Below are positions 38,401 through 52,199 of a stretch of DNA of 64,000 nucleotides, piece after piece. Origin of the DNA: Hypanus sabinus (lineage: Eukaryota); assembly GCF_030144855.1 (NCBI RefSeq), contig NC_082736.1:4464001-4528000 (forward strand). Direction: 5' to 3'. How positions within the stretch are numbered: position 1 is the first letter of the stretch; every line of letters begins with the position of its first letter. Under the pieces are notes generated by a model. That model was not told the DNA's origin. It saw only the letters and a program-made list of their open reading frames with translations, and ran no database searches. The position numbers and the translations under genes were made by a program.

Positions 38401-40049
38401 AAAGTTTTGTAAATCGTATAACTGAGTGTCAGGGACGTCTCAGAGCAGCTACTGAACAATGTTCACTCAGCCAGAGGTGGTGGTTCACGTCGGTAGCAGT
38501 GGACAGGTAGAAAAGGGATGAGGTCCCCCAGTGAATATAGAGAGTTAGGGAACAAGTTAAAGAGCAGGACCTGAAAGGTGATAATTTTTGTGTTACTCCC
38601 AATGCTCTGTGGTAGTACGGGTGGGAACAGAAAGTTAGAGCAGATGACTGTGTGGCTGAGGAGCTGGTGCAGGGACCGGGTTTCAGGATTCCAGAACACT
38701 GGAACCTCTTCAGGTCCAGAGGTGACATTTACAAGGGGGGGGAGGGTGGTTTGCACCTTCACGGGGGAGGGGGGGGGGTCTGTATCATGAGGTTCATTGT
38801 TGCTCCCTGGAAGGGTTGAAATGAGATGGACAGGGGGATGTGAACCAGAACACCAGTCACTGAATGGAGAGATTGATGCCAAGTTTGATGCTTAATACTG
38901 TAAGGATGGATTTTGAGGCAAATCCTCATCGGACATGAGATTGTTTAAAGACAGCGGCACAGTGATTCAGGGCCAGTTTGTTCCTGTAAGGGGGAGGGTC
39001 CAGGATGGCAAGGTTCAGGAACCTTGGATGATGAGAGAGGAAGAAAATTTAGTCGAGGAAGAGTGAGAAGCATATGCAAGGCTTAGGAAGCTGGAATCAA
39101 ACAGGGTGTTAGAGGATGATATTTAAAACACAGAAGGGAACTCAAGAACATTTGCAGAGTGAGAAACAGTGATGAAAAATCTCTGATGAGCAGGATTAAA
39201 GATAACCCCACTGCATTCTGTACATTCATTGTGGTGAAATGGATACCCAGGGGTGCACGTCCAACATAAAGCGTGGGTACACAGGTAATGGCAGGAACAT
39301 TAACATACAGAAGGATGTTGGGTCCGGGCAGATTGGTTCCCTGAAACTGGGAGCACAGGTTGACAGGGTGGTAAAGCCGGTGTACGGCATGTTTGCCTTC
39401 ACCGGGCAAGGCATTGAGTTCAATCACCAGGACATCATGTTACAATTTATAAAATGCTGGTTCGGCCACACTGAGAGCACAGTGTTCAGTTCTGGTCACC
39501 TCATTCTAGGAAGCATGTGGAGGTTTCGATGCAGGTGCAGAAGTTGTTAAGCAGGATGTCTGGAGGAGGAGTGAGGTGAGGAGAGGCTCGACATGCTGGA
39601 GCTTTTTCCTCTGGAGTGGCGTCAGCTCAGGAGAGATCTGACAGAAATTTATACAATTTTGTAGGACATAGTTGGTGTAAATAGCCAGTAATCTTTTTCA
39701 CAGGAGAGAAATGTCTTCTATTAAAAGACATGTATTTAAGATCAGAGGAAGAAAGTGAAGGGAACAGTGATGGAGACTTGGAATGCACTGTCAGGGATGG
39801 TGTCAGAGGCAGAGAGCACAGGGGTATTTAGGGAAGTCTCAGACAGACAGGAATTTGGAGAGAAGTGACTGGTACTACGGTGCTGAAGAACTCGATCCAC
39901 CCACCCCTCCCTTTTCTCCCTGGCACAAACCAAACTCAGAGCGACGCACCGGCTCACATAGGGAGTCTCTCGGCAGATCTGATCAAACTGACCCTCTCTT
40001 TCGGAAAATGTTCATTTATATTCAGAGGCCTGGGTGGACGAGTTTTTTT

Positions 40050-40612
40050 CAGTAAATACGGTCGGTTCCACAGGGTAAACGTACCTTTGTAGACAGTCAG
40101 AGACCTGTATAGTTGTGCCGCGGAGAGCATTCTGACAGGCGACATCTGTCTGGTGTGGAGGGGCTACGGCACAGCACCGAAAGAAGCTGCTGATAGTACC
40201 CAGGACAACTTTCGGGAGCGGTGCTCATAAAGGCAGCGTCCATTATTAAACACTTCCAACACCCAGGGCATGCCCTTTTCTCACTGTTACCGTCAAGTAG
40301 GAGATACAGAAGCCTGAAGGCACACTCAGCGATTCAGGAACAGCTTCTTCCCCTCTGCCATCCGATTCCTAAATGGACATTAAAACTATGGACACTACCT
40401 CACTTTTTAATATACAGTATGTCCGATTTTACATTTTTCAAAATAACAGTCAATAAACGTAACTGATTTACTTGTTTATGTATTATGTTTTATTTTATTT
40501 TATTTATTATTTTATAACTTTGTCTTCCAGGTTATGTATGACATTGCACTGCTGCTGCTAAGTTAACAAATTTCACGTTACATGCCGGTGATAATAAACT
40601 TGATTCTGAAAT
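40050..40612 (+). mobile_element. Rex1/Babar-like LINE 3' fragment
   Basis: KAASIIK..HPGHALFSLLPSSRRYRS; tail GATAATAAACTTGATTCTGA. Confidence 0.75.
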
Positions 40613-41010
40613 GTAAAACGCAAATGTTATTTTTCTGTGAGGCGATGGGAATCGCTCATGAAGCAACGAACAGGCGATGTTCCCGCCTTCTGCACACCGG
40701 AACGGCCCGGGGTCAACCCGCAATGTGGAACCCAGACAACGCGGTTCCACGTGATGAAGAGCGGAGTCGTTCAGTGATCGGAGATTAAATTCTCCCTCCC
40801 GGGGCTGACTCCGGAAGTTCATTTCACGACTCTGCGCCTAGTGAACCCGCTGATTCTCTGCAAGGGGAGAGAGCTACATTCGGTTGGCTGAGAGGGGAAA
40901 ACAAGCCGGGACTGAAACGAACCGGTTTCTGTGCAGATTTATTCCGGTTTCTTTCGCGGAAGAAACATGTCGAGACACTGACAGACGCAGGATATCAAAC
41001 ACACGGAAAG

Positions 41011-41053
41011 CTCAGCCCTTCCACCGACATTGTGAGTGGCTCTGAAAAGAGCC
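41011..41053 (-). terminator. H2A histone 3' stem-loop and HDE
   Basis: On the minus strand, GGCTCT-TTTC-AGAGCC (41053-41038), then GGAAGGGCTGAG. Confidence 0.93.
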
Positions 41054-41083
41054 TTTGGGTAAATAGATTCAGCTTACGTCGCT

Positions 41084-41488
<405 letters not shown>

Positions 41489-41531
41489 CTAACGAGAATG
41501 AAGGAGTGTTCACCCCGCCCCAACTCGCCCA

Positions 41532-41745
41532 TTTTATACTTACTTTGAGAATGCAAACTGATGTTTGTGATTGGTGTGATACTGCTTATTCTCATTGGTG
41601 AAGAGAAATGCTCCAATCGAAGAACTGCCATAATCACCAATCAGCGGTCCGTAAAGGTAAAAGCGCGGAAAAATAACCGTCTCCTCCCCAAAGTGCACTG
41701 AAATCTGGAAAAAAGCCCGCCAAAAAAATAAATCTATTATTCAAA
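41532..41745 (-). promoter_or_regulatory. H2A promoter
   Basis: TATAAAA at 41538-41532, octamer-like ATGCAAAC at 41551, several CCAAT/ATTGG boxes at 41570-41641, E2F-like TTTGGCGGGC at about 41715-41724. Confidence 0.7.
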
Positions 41746-42036
41746 TTTAATTTCAAGTTAAATCATTGCAGATCTGTTTTAAGATTGGGTCTTCGCATTT
41801 CCCTCTGTTACTGAAATCGGGCATATTTGATTTAAGTGTAGTTGATATTGGAGAATCTGGGAACCAAATTCTCTAATTCCTTTCAACCCGTAATGGAACC
41901 GAATAAAACTGACGCTCAGCTTGTGCCCGCGGTCGGTCACTGTATGAACGTTATCAGGTTATGGAAAACGGCTCTTCTCAAACTTTGTACAGCGTCTAGT
42001 CTGCAATTCTATAAAGTTTTTATATGAAAGAGCCAT

Positions 42037-42139
42037 CACGAGGAAATCTGCAGATGCTGGAATTTCAAACACACACAAAATGCTGGTTGAACCCAGCAGG
42101 CCAGGCAGCATCTATAAACAGGACTGTCGACGCTTCTCC
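42037..42139 (-). mobile_element. 103-bp Penelope-derived insertion between H2A and H2B
   Basis: 15-bp TSD ATATGAAAGAGCCAT at 42022-42036 and 42140-42154. Confidence 0.85.
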
Positions 42140-42420
42140 ATATGAAAGAGCCATAATGTCTTTCAGGCTCGAGTTGAAATGAGATTCAGGAGTTACCCAA
42201 CTGGAACCAATAAACTGCTGAAGCCGCAAATAAAACAACAACGGCAGCAATCCTCTGCTTGGCATGGATACCGAGTGGGACGGACTGATGGGGAAGGGGG
42301 AAGGGGGGCGGGGGGGGGAACAATTCCTTGTCAGTTCAGTGTGAGCTTATTACAATCGCGATTTAGTTCTTGTAGAAGTCACCAGACAAAGTATGTGTAA
42401 TTTAATACCTAAATGCTAGT

Positions 42421-42462
42421 ACAACTCTTTCATTGAAATTGTGAGTGGCTCTTAAAAGAGCC
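42421..42462 (-). terminator. H2B histone 3' stem-loop and HDE
   Basis: On the minus strand, GGCTCT-TTTA-AGAGCC (42462-42447), then TGAAAGAGTTGT. Confidence 0.93.
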
Positions 42463-42493
42463 GTTGTGTTTTCGATCATCTCACTGGACAGCT

Positions 42494-42868
42494 TCACTTG
42501 GAGCTGGTGTACTTGGTCACCGCCTTTGTCCCTTCGGACACGGCGTGCTTGGCCAGCTCCCCGGGCAGCAGCAGGCGCACGGCGGTCTGGATCTCCCGGG
42601 AGCTGATGGTGGACCGCTTGTTGTAATGGGCCAGGCGGGAAGCCTCACCCGCGATGCGCTCGAAAATATCGTTCACGAATGAATTCATGATGCTCATGGC
42701 CTTGGAGGAGATGCCGGTGTCGGGGTGAACCTGCTTCATCACTTTGTAGATGTAAATGGCGTAACTCTCCTTCCTCGTCCTCTTGCGCTTCTTGCCAGAC
42801 TTGCTCGCCGGTTTGGACAGAGCTTTCTTGGCGCCCTTCTTGGGAGCGGGTTTCGGTGGATCAGGCAT
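42494..42868 (-). CDS. H2B: Histone H2B, replication-dependent
   Basis: ATG at 42868. 124 aa, [12 protein letters not shown]...[26 protein letters not shown]...AVTKYTSSK. Confidence 0.98.
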   Translation of the reverse strand: MPDPPKPAPKKGAKKALSKPASKSGKKRKRTRKESYAIYIYKVMKQVHPDTGISSKAMSIMNSFVNDIFERIAGEASRLAHYNKRSTISSREIQTAVRLLLPGELAKHAVSEGTKAVTKYTSSK

Positions 42869-42920
42869 TTCCCCGTCGGTTTCAAACACAATAATAAGCA
42901 GAAGCTGGCCGGAGCGCGGA

Positions 42921-43040
42921 TTAAATAGGCAGCGCCCAAAGTGGTATGTTAATGAGGATGGGAACGCTGAGCATTTCCATTGGTTGTTTGGAGAAGGGAA
43001 TCACCAATCGGAACGCTGGGGGATGGGAAGCGGCGCCAAT
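42921..43040 (-). promoter_or_regulatory. H2B promoter (TATA-like, variant octamer, CCAAT)
   Basis: TATTTAA at about 42927-42921, CTCATTAACATAC at 42956-42944 resembling the H2B box, CCAAT/ATTGG at about 42979, 43004 and 43036. Confidence 0.7.
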
Positions 43041-44259
43041 GTGTGGCGGTTACCGCTGTCGTTTAATGCGGGAGGAAGTACAGAAGGGCAGAGACTGGCG
43101 GGGGTGCGGGCTGAAATTGAAAAGGGAAACGCAATTTTCAAAAGCAGAATGAAAATAAAATCAGATGAAATATTGTAAAATTAAACACTAAGCCGGTTAG
43201 TTCATGACACAGGGCAGGAGAACGAAAGAGAGATTTGGATATTTCAATGTAAAGTTCAAATCGAGTTTATGCACAAGCGAAAGGAACAACGGATTTGTAG
43301 CAACATCACAGACACATTGCATCAGACACAACATTGACCAGAAACACTGGAATTAAATATGAATTATACCAAAATATTCAAATAGACAGAGGACTATCAG
43401 AACAAAATCAAAATAACAAAGAGATTATGCAGGCAGTGGGAGAATCACCCTCTTGTGCTTCTTCATCTCGTCACTCTCGATTCAGAGTCACGCAACGCTG
43501 CCACTTTGATCTGGCCCATGCCTTCATTCACCAGGTCCAACACTTGCCTTTATTGGATCTTCCTCCTCCTGACACTAGTCATCGTGTTTGTGGGGCTGTG
43601 TGTCCCCTTGGACCCCTGGATTAGGTTTGAGGGTAGGGCTGGCGGATTTACATATGTTAAGAGAGATAAGGCTGTAGAGTTTAGTATGGTGAGATATGTG
43701 GGGCTACGGTGGATGGGGTAGTGTAGTGGACCCACACAGTGGCTGATGCCTTTCATTATCGTGGTTCAAAACCACTTGGCTTAGGGAATCGGGTGTGCAA
43801 AGGGACACATCATGAATAATACAACTTAGTGTCATTGGGTGTTTGGGGTCTTTAATCATGAGACAATCTCGCCCAGGCGACCCAGCCAGGGTGGATCAGG
43901 CCCGGTTTGTGTTTATCCCATGGAGCAAGATAACGAGCGGCGTGTAATTCTGCATGTTGCATGATTTTCAACCTTGTTACTTGGTTTTATTTTGACCATT
44001 TGGGGAATAGAATGTTCTGAGGCCTAGTAATCAGGCTTTACCTCCAAGTACGGTTCAACTTCCCTACTCTAAATTTACACCAGTCTTTATTTTGCATCTG
44101 TGTGCCTGGGATTGCATGGGTTAAATTAACAGAGTTTACTGCAGTACAAACTAGTGATTAATGTTGGGCAGATTGATCCATGATTCCAAAACGCAAAAAT
44201 CTCTGAAATCCAGAAGTTTTTGTGCCTACGTGACATCACAAATGGGGAATTTTACCCAG

Positions 44260-44670
44260 GATTAAATGGCTTGTCTAATGAAGAGCGTTTTATGGCTCTG
44301 GGCCTCTATTCACTGGACCTTCAAAGAAAGAAGGGTTACTGAATTGAAACCTTTCAAATAGTGAAAGAGCTTGAGTGAGTGGATGTGGAGAGGACTTTTC
44401 CTGTGGTAGGAATGTCTAAAACCAGACCACACAGCTTCAAAATAGAGGGGAATCCTTTTAGAGTGGAGATGAGGAGGAATTTCTTCAGCCAGAGAGTGCT
44501 GAATCGGTGGAATTTTCAGCCACAGGCAGCTGTGGAGGCCAAATCACTGGGTATAGGCAGAGATTCATAGATCCTTGATTGGTCAGGGCATGAAGGGATA
44601 CCAGGGAAGGCAAGAGATTGGGCCTAAATGGAAAAATTGATCAGTGATGATGAAATGGCAGAGCAGGTCT
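44260..44670 (+). mobile_element. CR1 3' fragment
   Basis: RRNFFSQRVLNRWN motif. Confidence 0.75.
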
Positions 44671-44890
44671 CAGGTGCGCTCTCACCAGGGCCCTATAGAA
44701 TCCCAGTGAGACATCTGTATCCCTCTTCTCCACTCCTCCTGGATCACAGGACAAAATACTGTTTGCCTCTCTCATTACTTGTTGTATCTGCATGTTAACT
44801 CAAGTGATTTGTTTACAAGGACGCCCAGGTCCCTCTGAACATCCTATGTGGAAATGACTTTTACAGTTTGATCCTGGGAATGGGTGATCT

Positions 44891-45104
44891 TGTAGCGATG
44901 TGCTATACACAGCCCTGAAATAACAACACGCAGTCGGTAAGTCGTTTCGAGACTAGTTTATTCAAACTTCACGGCGCTGGCATTTAAATCCCTAGCGCCC
45001 GCCCTCTCCGGGCGGAAATGACATCGGAGGTGCATTACCAAAGTCTCTCCCCGCGCGCTGGCTATTTGTGAGCTGGTTCACCTGCGCAGAAAGTGGTCGC
45101 CACA
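44891..45104 (-). mobile_element. Gypsy solo LTR related to 7608 and 25321
   Basis: TGTAGCG...CGCCACA termini with 4-bp TSD ATCT. Confidence 0.88.
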
Positions 45105-46589
45105 ATCTCACATTTCCCCACATTCTGTTCCATCTGCCCCATCCTAAATGATTCACTCTCCTGTCTACATCTCCCAAATCTTCTCACTACTGACACTGTC
45201 CCTCCCGCTCTACCACAGCAACAGACCTAGTCACTGAGTTATGCAGCACAGAAACAGGCCCTTCAGCCCAACACATCCATGCTGACCAAGTAGCCAAACA
45301 AAACCATTGTCAGTTACCTACATTTGGCCCATGTCCCTGTGAAACTTCCCTCTCCACAGTCCAAGAGATATTGCAATGGTGCCCCCCTATACCATCACTG
45401 GAAGTAGTTTGTTCCATGTAAACAGCACATTCTGTGAACAAAACCTGCTCCTCAGGGTCCCAGTTAAATTTTTCCTCTCTAGCTTCCAACTCCATGACCC
45501 TGGAGATAACAGATTCACTATTGACCGTATCAATGCCTGCCATTATTTTATAAGCCTCTCTAATGTCACATACACTCTGGAGAGAAAGTTCCAGTCAATA
45601 CAGCCTCCTGTTAAATCTCTTTTGCACCCTCTCCAGTTTAATATCACCCTCTGATCACTGGGCAACTATAACTTTACGCCGTGCTCCAAGAGTGGTTTCC
45701 CCAAGGCTGGGAGAGCTGTAATGTGACGTCACGGTCCAGTGCCCAATACTCTCCCGATGAATGCAAGTGTGGCAAACACCACCTTCACCGTCCTGCCTAC
45801 CTGTGTTTACACTTTGAAGGAATTCGATATCTGCACCCCGATATCTCTCTGTTTTACAGCACTCCCAGGGACCGACCAATACCCACGGCAGTTCTGCCCT
45901 GGTTCGTCAATGACAAAGGAACATCTCTTGTTCTTGTTTGTGGGCTTGAAGGGCCGAATGGACTACTTCTGCACCTATTTTCTATCTCACATTTATCTGC
46001 CATTACTCAAATCACTGACCTCATTGACCACCGTCCTGTTGTATTGCTGGTTACATTTTTCACACTTTAGTGATATCTGCATATTTGCTGAGCCGGGCAT
46101 TGACGTTGTCTGCCGAGTCTTTAATGAATGAACTGCAGCAGCAGACCTGACTTGAATCTCATTGATCACAGGTCTCCAGTCTAAACAACGACCTCGTCTC
46201 CTACCACCAGGCCAATATTGTAGCCACTGCCCTGGATCACATGATCTCTCCTTCCAGACACGAGCCTCACCAGTCTGAAGCTCGCAGGCTTTTCCTTGCA
46301 GCGATACACAGAATGCTGGAGGAACTCAGCAGGCCAGGCAGCGAGGAAACAGCCGACGTTTCAGGCCGAGACCCTTCAAGAGCAACTGCACAATTTCTTG
46401 TGTTTGGTTTTCCTTTGAGCCTTTTCAAATTACTGCATAATATAATCCATCCTCCAGTCCTCTGCCACTACTGCTATGGCTACCTACAATTATCTCAACA
46501 AGGGGCTCAGCAGTCCCTTCGCTAGCTAGCCATAATGTCATCGGATACACCTGGACAGCCCACAGGGCATTACAGTATCTACTATTATA

Positions 46590-48595
46590 CAATTAAATCA
46601 GAGATTGTTGAGCCTCTGGCAATCTCCTTTGCATCATCAATGGGGACGAGAGTGGTTCTGGAGGATTGGAGGGTTGCAGATGTTCTTCCCTTATTCAATG
46701 AAGGGAGTAGAGATGCCCAGGAAATTATAGACCAGTGAGTCTTACTTCATTGGTCGGTAAGTTGATGGAGAAGATCCTGAGAGGCAGGATTTATAAACGT
46801 TTGTAGAGGCATAATATGATTAGAAATAATCAGCATGGCTTTGTCAGATGCAGATCGTGCCTTACGAGCCTGACTGAATTTATTTAGGATGTGACATCGA
46901 TGAAGGTAGAGCAGTAGATGTAGTGTATATGGATTTCAGCAAGGCATTTGATAAAGTACCCCATGCAAGGCTTATGGAGAATGTAGGGAGACATGGGATC
47001 CAAGGGGACATTGCTTGCCCACAGAAGGCAAAGACTGGTTATAGACGGGTCATATTCTGCATGGAGGTCAGCGGCCAGTGGTGTGCATCAGGGATCTGTT
47101 CTGGGAGCAATTCTTTTTTGTGATTTTTATGTAACCCTCAGGCTTGCCCAGCTCGTCTTCGTCTCGGGGAAACAGCCTTTGGCCCCGCCAAACTGGGAAA
47201 TCACATCTGTGCGAATGCTGTATAATATACGGCCCAGTCATAAACCCACCATGCAAAATATCAGACAGTACACCATATGCAATTAAATGATTGAACTTTA
47301 TGAAACTTAATCTGAATATAGGGTTAGTAATGAAAATTTTAAAAAGGGCCCAATTCAAGGAAAAGTTAAAACTTCTGGTTGGAGCTCACTCCTTCTTCCA
47401 CCATCGGTCTCCTCCGAGTGTCGCCGACTTTCAGACCCTCAGAACGAGTCTACCAGCTCTCTCCACACGCGTCTTCTCTTGACAAAGACCGCACGAAAAA
47501 CATCCATCCAGACAGAGTAATAATCTCTTATTGGCTAACATGCATACCACAGTCCTGTCATCTCCGGCAATAACCCAAACAAGAGAAACCGTTACCTCAG
47601 CAGTGAACATTACAAAGAAGCCATTACATTAACAATGAATACTTACAGCATGTTACATTTATAAATGTCCTGGATTAGGAAGTGGAGGGATAGTTTAGAA
47701 AATTTGCTGGTGACACAAAGGTTGGACGAGTAGTGGATAGTGTGGAGGGCTGTCAGAGGTTACAGTGGGACACTGATAGGATGCAAAACCGGGCAGAGAA
47801 GAGACAGATGGAGTTCAACCCAGATAAGTGTGAGGTGGTTCGTTTTTGTATGTCAAATATGACGGCAGAATATAGGATTAATGATAAGATTCCTGGCAGT
47901 GTGGAGGATCAGAGGGATCTTGGGGTCCGAGTCCATAGGACACTCAAAGCTGCTGTGCAGGTTGACTCTGTGGTTAAGAAAGCATATGGTGCATTGGCCT
48001 TCATCAATCGAGTTCAAGAGCAGAGATGTAATGTTACAGCTATATAGGACCCTGGTCAGACCCCACTTGGAGTACTGTGCTCAGTTCTCGTCACCTTACT
48101 ACAGGAAGGATGTGGAAGCCATAGAAAGGGTGCAGAGGAGATTTACAAGGATGTTGCCTGGATTGGGGAGCGTGACTTATGAGATTAGGTGAGCGATCAC
48201 AGCCTTTTCTCCTCGGAGCGACAGAGGATGAGAGGTGACCTGATAGCTGTGTATAAGATGATGAGAGGCATTGATCGTGTGGGTAGTCTTTTTCCCCAGG
48301 GCTGAAATGACTAAGACCAAGGGCACAGGTTTAAGGTGCTTGGAAGTAGGTACAGGGGAGATGTCAGGGGTAAGTTTTTTTGCGCAAGGAGTGGTGAGTG
48401 TGTGGGATGGGCTGCCAGTGACGGTGTTGGAGGAGGCAGATAAAATGGGGTCTTTTAAGGGGCTCCGGATAGGTATGTGGAGCTTTGAAAAACAGAGGGC
48501 TCTGTGTAACCCTGGGAAATTTCTAAGGTAAGTACATGTTCGGCACAGCATTGTGGGCTGATGGGCCTGGATTGTGCTGTAGGTTTTCTGTTTCT
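46590..48595 (+). mobile_element. CR1 LINE RT and 3' part, interrupted by a solo LTR
   Basis: DFSKAFDKVPH, LVRPHLEYC and a 3' UTR. Confidence 0.9.
47130..47657. mobile_element. Solo LTR, 528 bp
   Basis: TGTAAC...GTTACA termini with 4-bp TSD TTTA; the CR1 resumes after it. Confidence 0.85.
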
Positions 48596-49409
48596 AGGTA
48601 AACAACAATGCACTTTCTCTACTGTAGTATGCTCTTCCCTGAAGACATCTCTATCCCTGATATCCATGTCCTTTTCCACAGTAAATGCATGAGAAATATG
48701 CGTTAAGGACCTCACATGGAACTTTTATTCATGGGTCTGTGGAGGGAAAGGCAGGGGTACTTTCCCTGTGGGAAGGAGAGGTGGTGCAGCCAGTGCCAGA
48801 GTGGAAGGTCGCTGTAGGGCTGCAGTTCTCAGCATCAGCCTAGCAGATGAGGCAGCTCCACACTAAGGGAGGGGCGGACACACCCCGCTACATCCCCGTC
48901 TCCGATCTGGGAATGGAACCGATGGTGGTGCAGGCAGATAGACACAGCTCTCATTTCTGCTAACCTCTCCCACACAGCTGGAGCTAAACAGCCCCAGCAT
49001 AAATTTCTCTCCAGGAACCTGTAACAGCTGCTCTTTGTTAAACTGTCCGGTTCTGTGTCCAGCAAGAACAAAGAACTGGCATTAAACAGGGATTTCCCTC
49101 CAGGTATGAATAGCAGAAACAGCAATGCACGTCACCAGCAGCTCCTTCCCACCCCGCCTTCACAACCCTATACATCCCAGCTCAGGAATGGCCTCTCCTT
49201 TCCCACTCACTCCATATTCTGAGCTCGGTCACTGCTACACTCCGCCTCTTTCTCCAAGCCGCCATCTCCGGAGTCAGTGCTGGTTCTTAACCAGATGTGT
49301 CAAAACACCTGTTGCCATGTAGTGCAACAATACAAATCTGAACCACGTTGACTTGGTTTGATGACATTAAACGTCTCTAAATGACTTCTTACTTCTTCAT
49401 AAATCACAA

Positions 49410-50495
49410 ACTCCTGTTCATTGACTGTAGCTCAGCATTTAACACAATCATTCCCACAATCCTGAATGAGAAGTTACAGAATCTGGGCACCTGTACCTCC
49501 CTCTGCAATTTGATCCTTGACTTCCAAACTGAAAGACCACAATCTGTGTGGATTGGTGATAATGTCTCCTCCTCGCTGACAATCAACACTGGTGCACCTT
49601 AGCAGTGTGTGCTTGGCCCACTGCTCTACTCTCTATATACCCATGACTGTGTGGCTCGGCATAGATCAAATATCATCTATAAATGTGCTAATGATACAAC
49701 TGTTATTGGTAGAATCTCAGGTGGAGACGAGAGGGCATACAGGAGTGAGATATACCAACTAGCGGAGTGCTGTCACAGCAACAACCTTGCACTTAATGCC
49801 AGTAAGACGAAAAGAAGGGTAAAACAACAGAATGCAGACCAATCCTTGGGGGGGGGGGCAGAAACAGAGAGAGTGAGCAGTTTCAAGTTCCAGGCTGTCA
49901 AGTTTTTTGAGGACCCAACCTTGCCCCGACATACCGATGCAGCTATAAAGACGGCAAGACTGTGACTATCCTTCATTGGGGGTTTAAAGGGATCTGCTAT
50001 GTCAACAAAAGCACTCAAAAATTTCTACAGATGTACAGTGGAGAACGTTCCGACGGGCCTCATCACTGTCTGGTATGGGGGAGCTACTGCACAGAACCGA
50101 AAGAAGCAGAGGGTCATAAATTTGATCAGATTCATCTTGGGTACTGGGCTATAATGTACCCAGGACATCTTCATGGAGCATTGTCTCAGAAAGGCAGCGT
50201 CCATTATTAAGGACCTCCAACACTCAGGGCATGCCTTTTTCACATTGTTATCTTCAGGTAGGAGGTACAAAAGCCTGAAGGCACAGATTCAGTGATTGAA
50301 GAACAGCTTCTGCCCTTCTGCCATCCAATTCCTAAATGGACATTGAACCTGTGAACACTACCTTACTTGTATTAATATATTATTTCATGATTTTAATCTA
50401 TATCAATATAACTATACTGTAATTTATTTAGTTATTCTTCTATGTTACTGAATTGCTGCTGCTTGTGCTGATGTGTCTGTGATTCTCATTCTGAA
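49410..50495 (+). mobile_element. Degenerate Rex1/Babar-like LINE
   Basis: [22 protein letters not shown] and NNLALNASKTK. Confidence 0.8.
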
Positions 50496-50867
50496 CCTCC
50501 AGCAGCTTGCCAACAGACGTGAAGTTAACAGGGCAAGAGTTACCTACTTTTGTCTTCTACCTTTCTTGGACAAAGCAGACACCTTTCCCCCACTTCACTG
50601 GGACCTTTCTGGAAAACAGTGAGTTCTGACAAGGTTCAACTTTTATCTCCACTTTCTCTCCAGCCACTTTCTGTAAAACCCATGAATGCAGATCTTTGGG
50701 ACCTGGAGTAGTTTGTTTTTCAGCCCCATTAGGTTTCCTCTCATGATGGTGACCGTTGCAAATTATTGCACTGTGTTGAAAAGTTCACAGTATTGTTTAA
50801 CTTACCGTAATTTCCTGCCACTTTTCTGCTACTGAGTCTCTTGTCACTGCTTCCTAAAGTGTTCTTT

Positions 50868-51064
50868 TGTGCCCCATGGAGAGGCAACATGTGGATGTAC
50901 ACAGCACCAGTGGTCTACCTTCAGCCCTTGGCACTTTGTACCCCATGGAGAGGCAACATGTCATGGAGAGGCAACATGTGGATGTACAGAGCACCAGTGG
51001 TCTACCTCCAGCCCTTGGCACTTTGTGCCCCATGGAGAGGCAACATGTGGATGTACAGAGCACT
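50868..51064 (+). repeat. 69-bp tandem repeat, about 2.6 copies, with an internal 18-bp duplication
   Basis: Units start at 50868, 50937 and 51024. Confidence 0.85.
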
Positions 51065-52199
51065 ACCACCTACATTGTCTTTCCTGCTGTTCATTGTTCC
51101 TACATGTACATCACATCTCACCAACACATAATGAACAAGGACACCCTCTCTTTTCTCTTCTGCTGATTCGTGTGGAACATTGTTAGTTAGTTAGTTAAAC
51201 TCCATCACTCCCACGGGGGCACAACCACTGATGGTAGCTCACCAGAGACAACTGCGCTGTGCCAGTCATTCAAGTTGACCCCAAGTGTAGCCAAGCTTCA
51301 TGGTGGATCCATCCTCCCCCAGGGATGAGTTCTTTGGAGCTTCTGCAGCTCTGCGTGTAGTTGCTGGGCCCATGACCAGCTCCCTTCATTCACATCCTGG
51401 CTTCAGACCATCCATGGGAGAGGTGTGGATTGTTCAATATCCTGGAATACTGAGGTCCCAGTCTCAGTCACCCTGCAGCCATGACCCTGTAATAGCTGTA
51501 AGATGAAACAGATTGTCACATTACAATGCCTATGTTCAGTCACCCGATCTATAACCTTCTGTTTACCCCTGTCAAATTTCCGCTCGTTCTTATAGGCTCC
51601 GGGGTACAAAATTTAATTCTTCCTTAGAATTCAGGTGTTCAATTGGCAGCATCACCCTTGTACATTTCCTCTGACTCTTGTCAATCATCTTAACATCTTT
51701 CCTGCAGGTAACTGCCTGTTTCCACTACTATCCATCCTTAAAACTAGGTCCTCTGGTATTTGATATTTCTACCTTGGAGAAAAGATTCTGACTATCTATA
51801 CTATCCCTCCCTCTAATAATTTCAAATCCAACCATACGGTCTCCCCTTGGCACTGATGTTCCGGGAAAACACACAAGTCAGTCCAACATTTCCTTCGGGC
51901 TCCTGTACTCTAATCCCATCAGCATCCTGGTGAACCAGTCAGGATGATCTCCATTGTACATCTATACAGCTTCATCACTGGTTAATCTGCACAAACTTCA
52001 AAGAAATTAGAAGTGTTTCTGTGCCTTCTTTGTAGTGACACGTGTGCTGGTCCCATGAGAGTTCCTCTAATAGGGTAAAGCAAAGGAATTTAAAGTTACT
52101 AATAGTCCCCTCATGAGGACTCTGGGTATCATCTCCACTCTTGCTAAGCCACACATCTACATTTTCATCCAAATCCTCAATATACTGTCTATCAGAAAC

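Noticed and set aside
41964-41984. AAAACGGCTCTTCTCA resembling half a histone stem-loop on the plus strand
   Set aside because: The 3' arm is absent and there is no histone coding remnant upstream.
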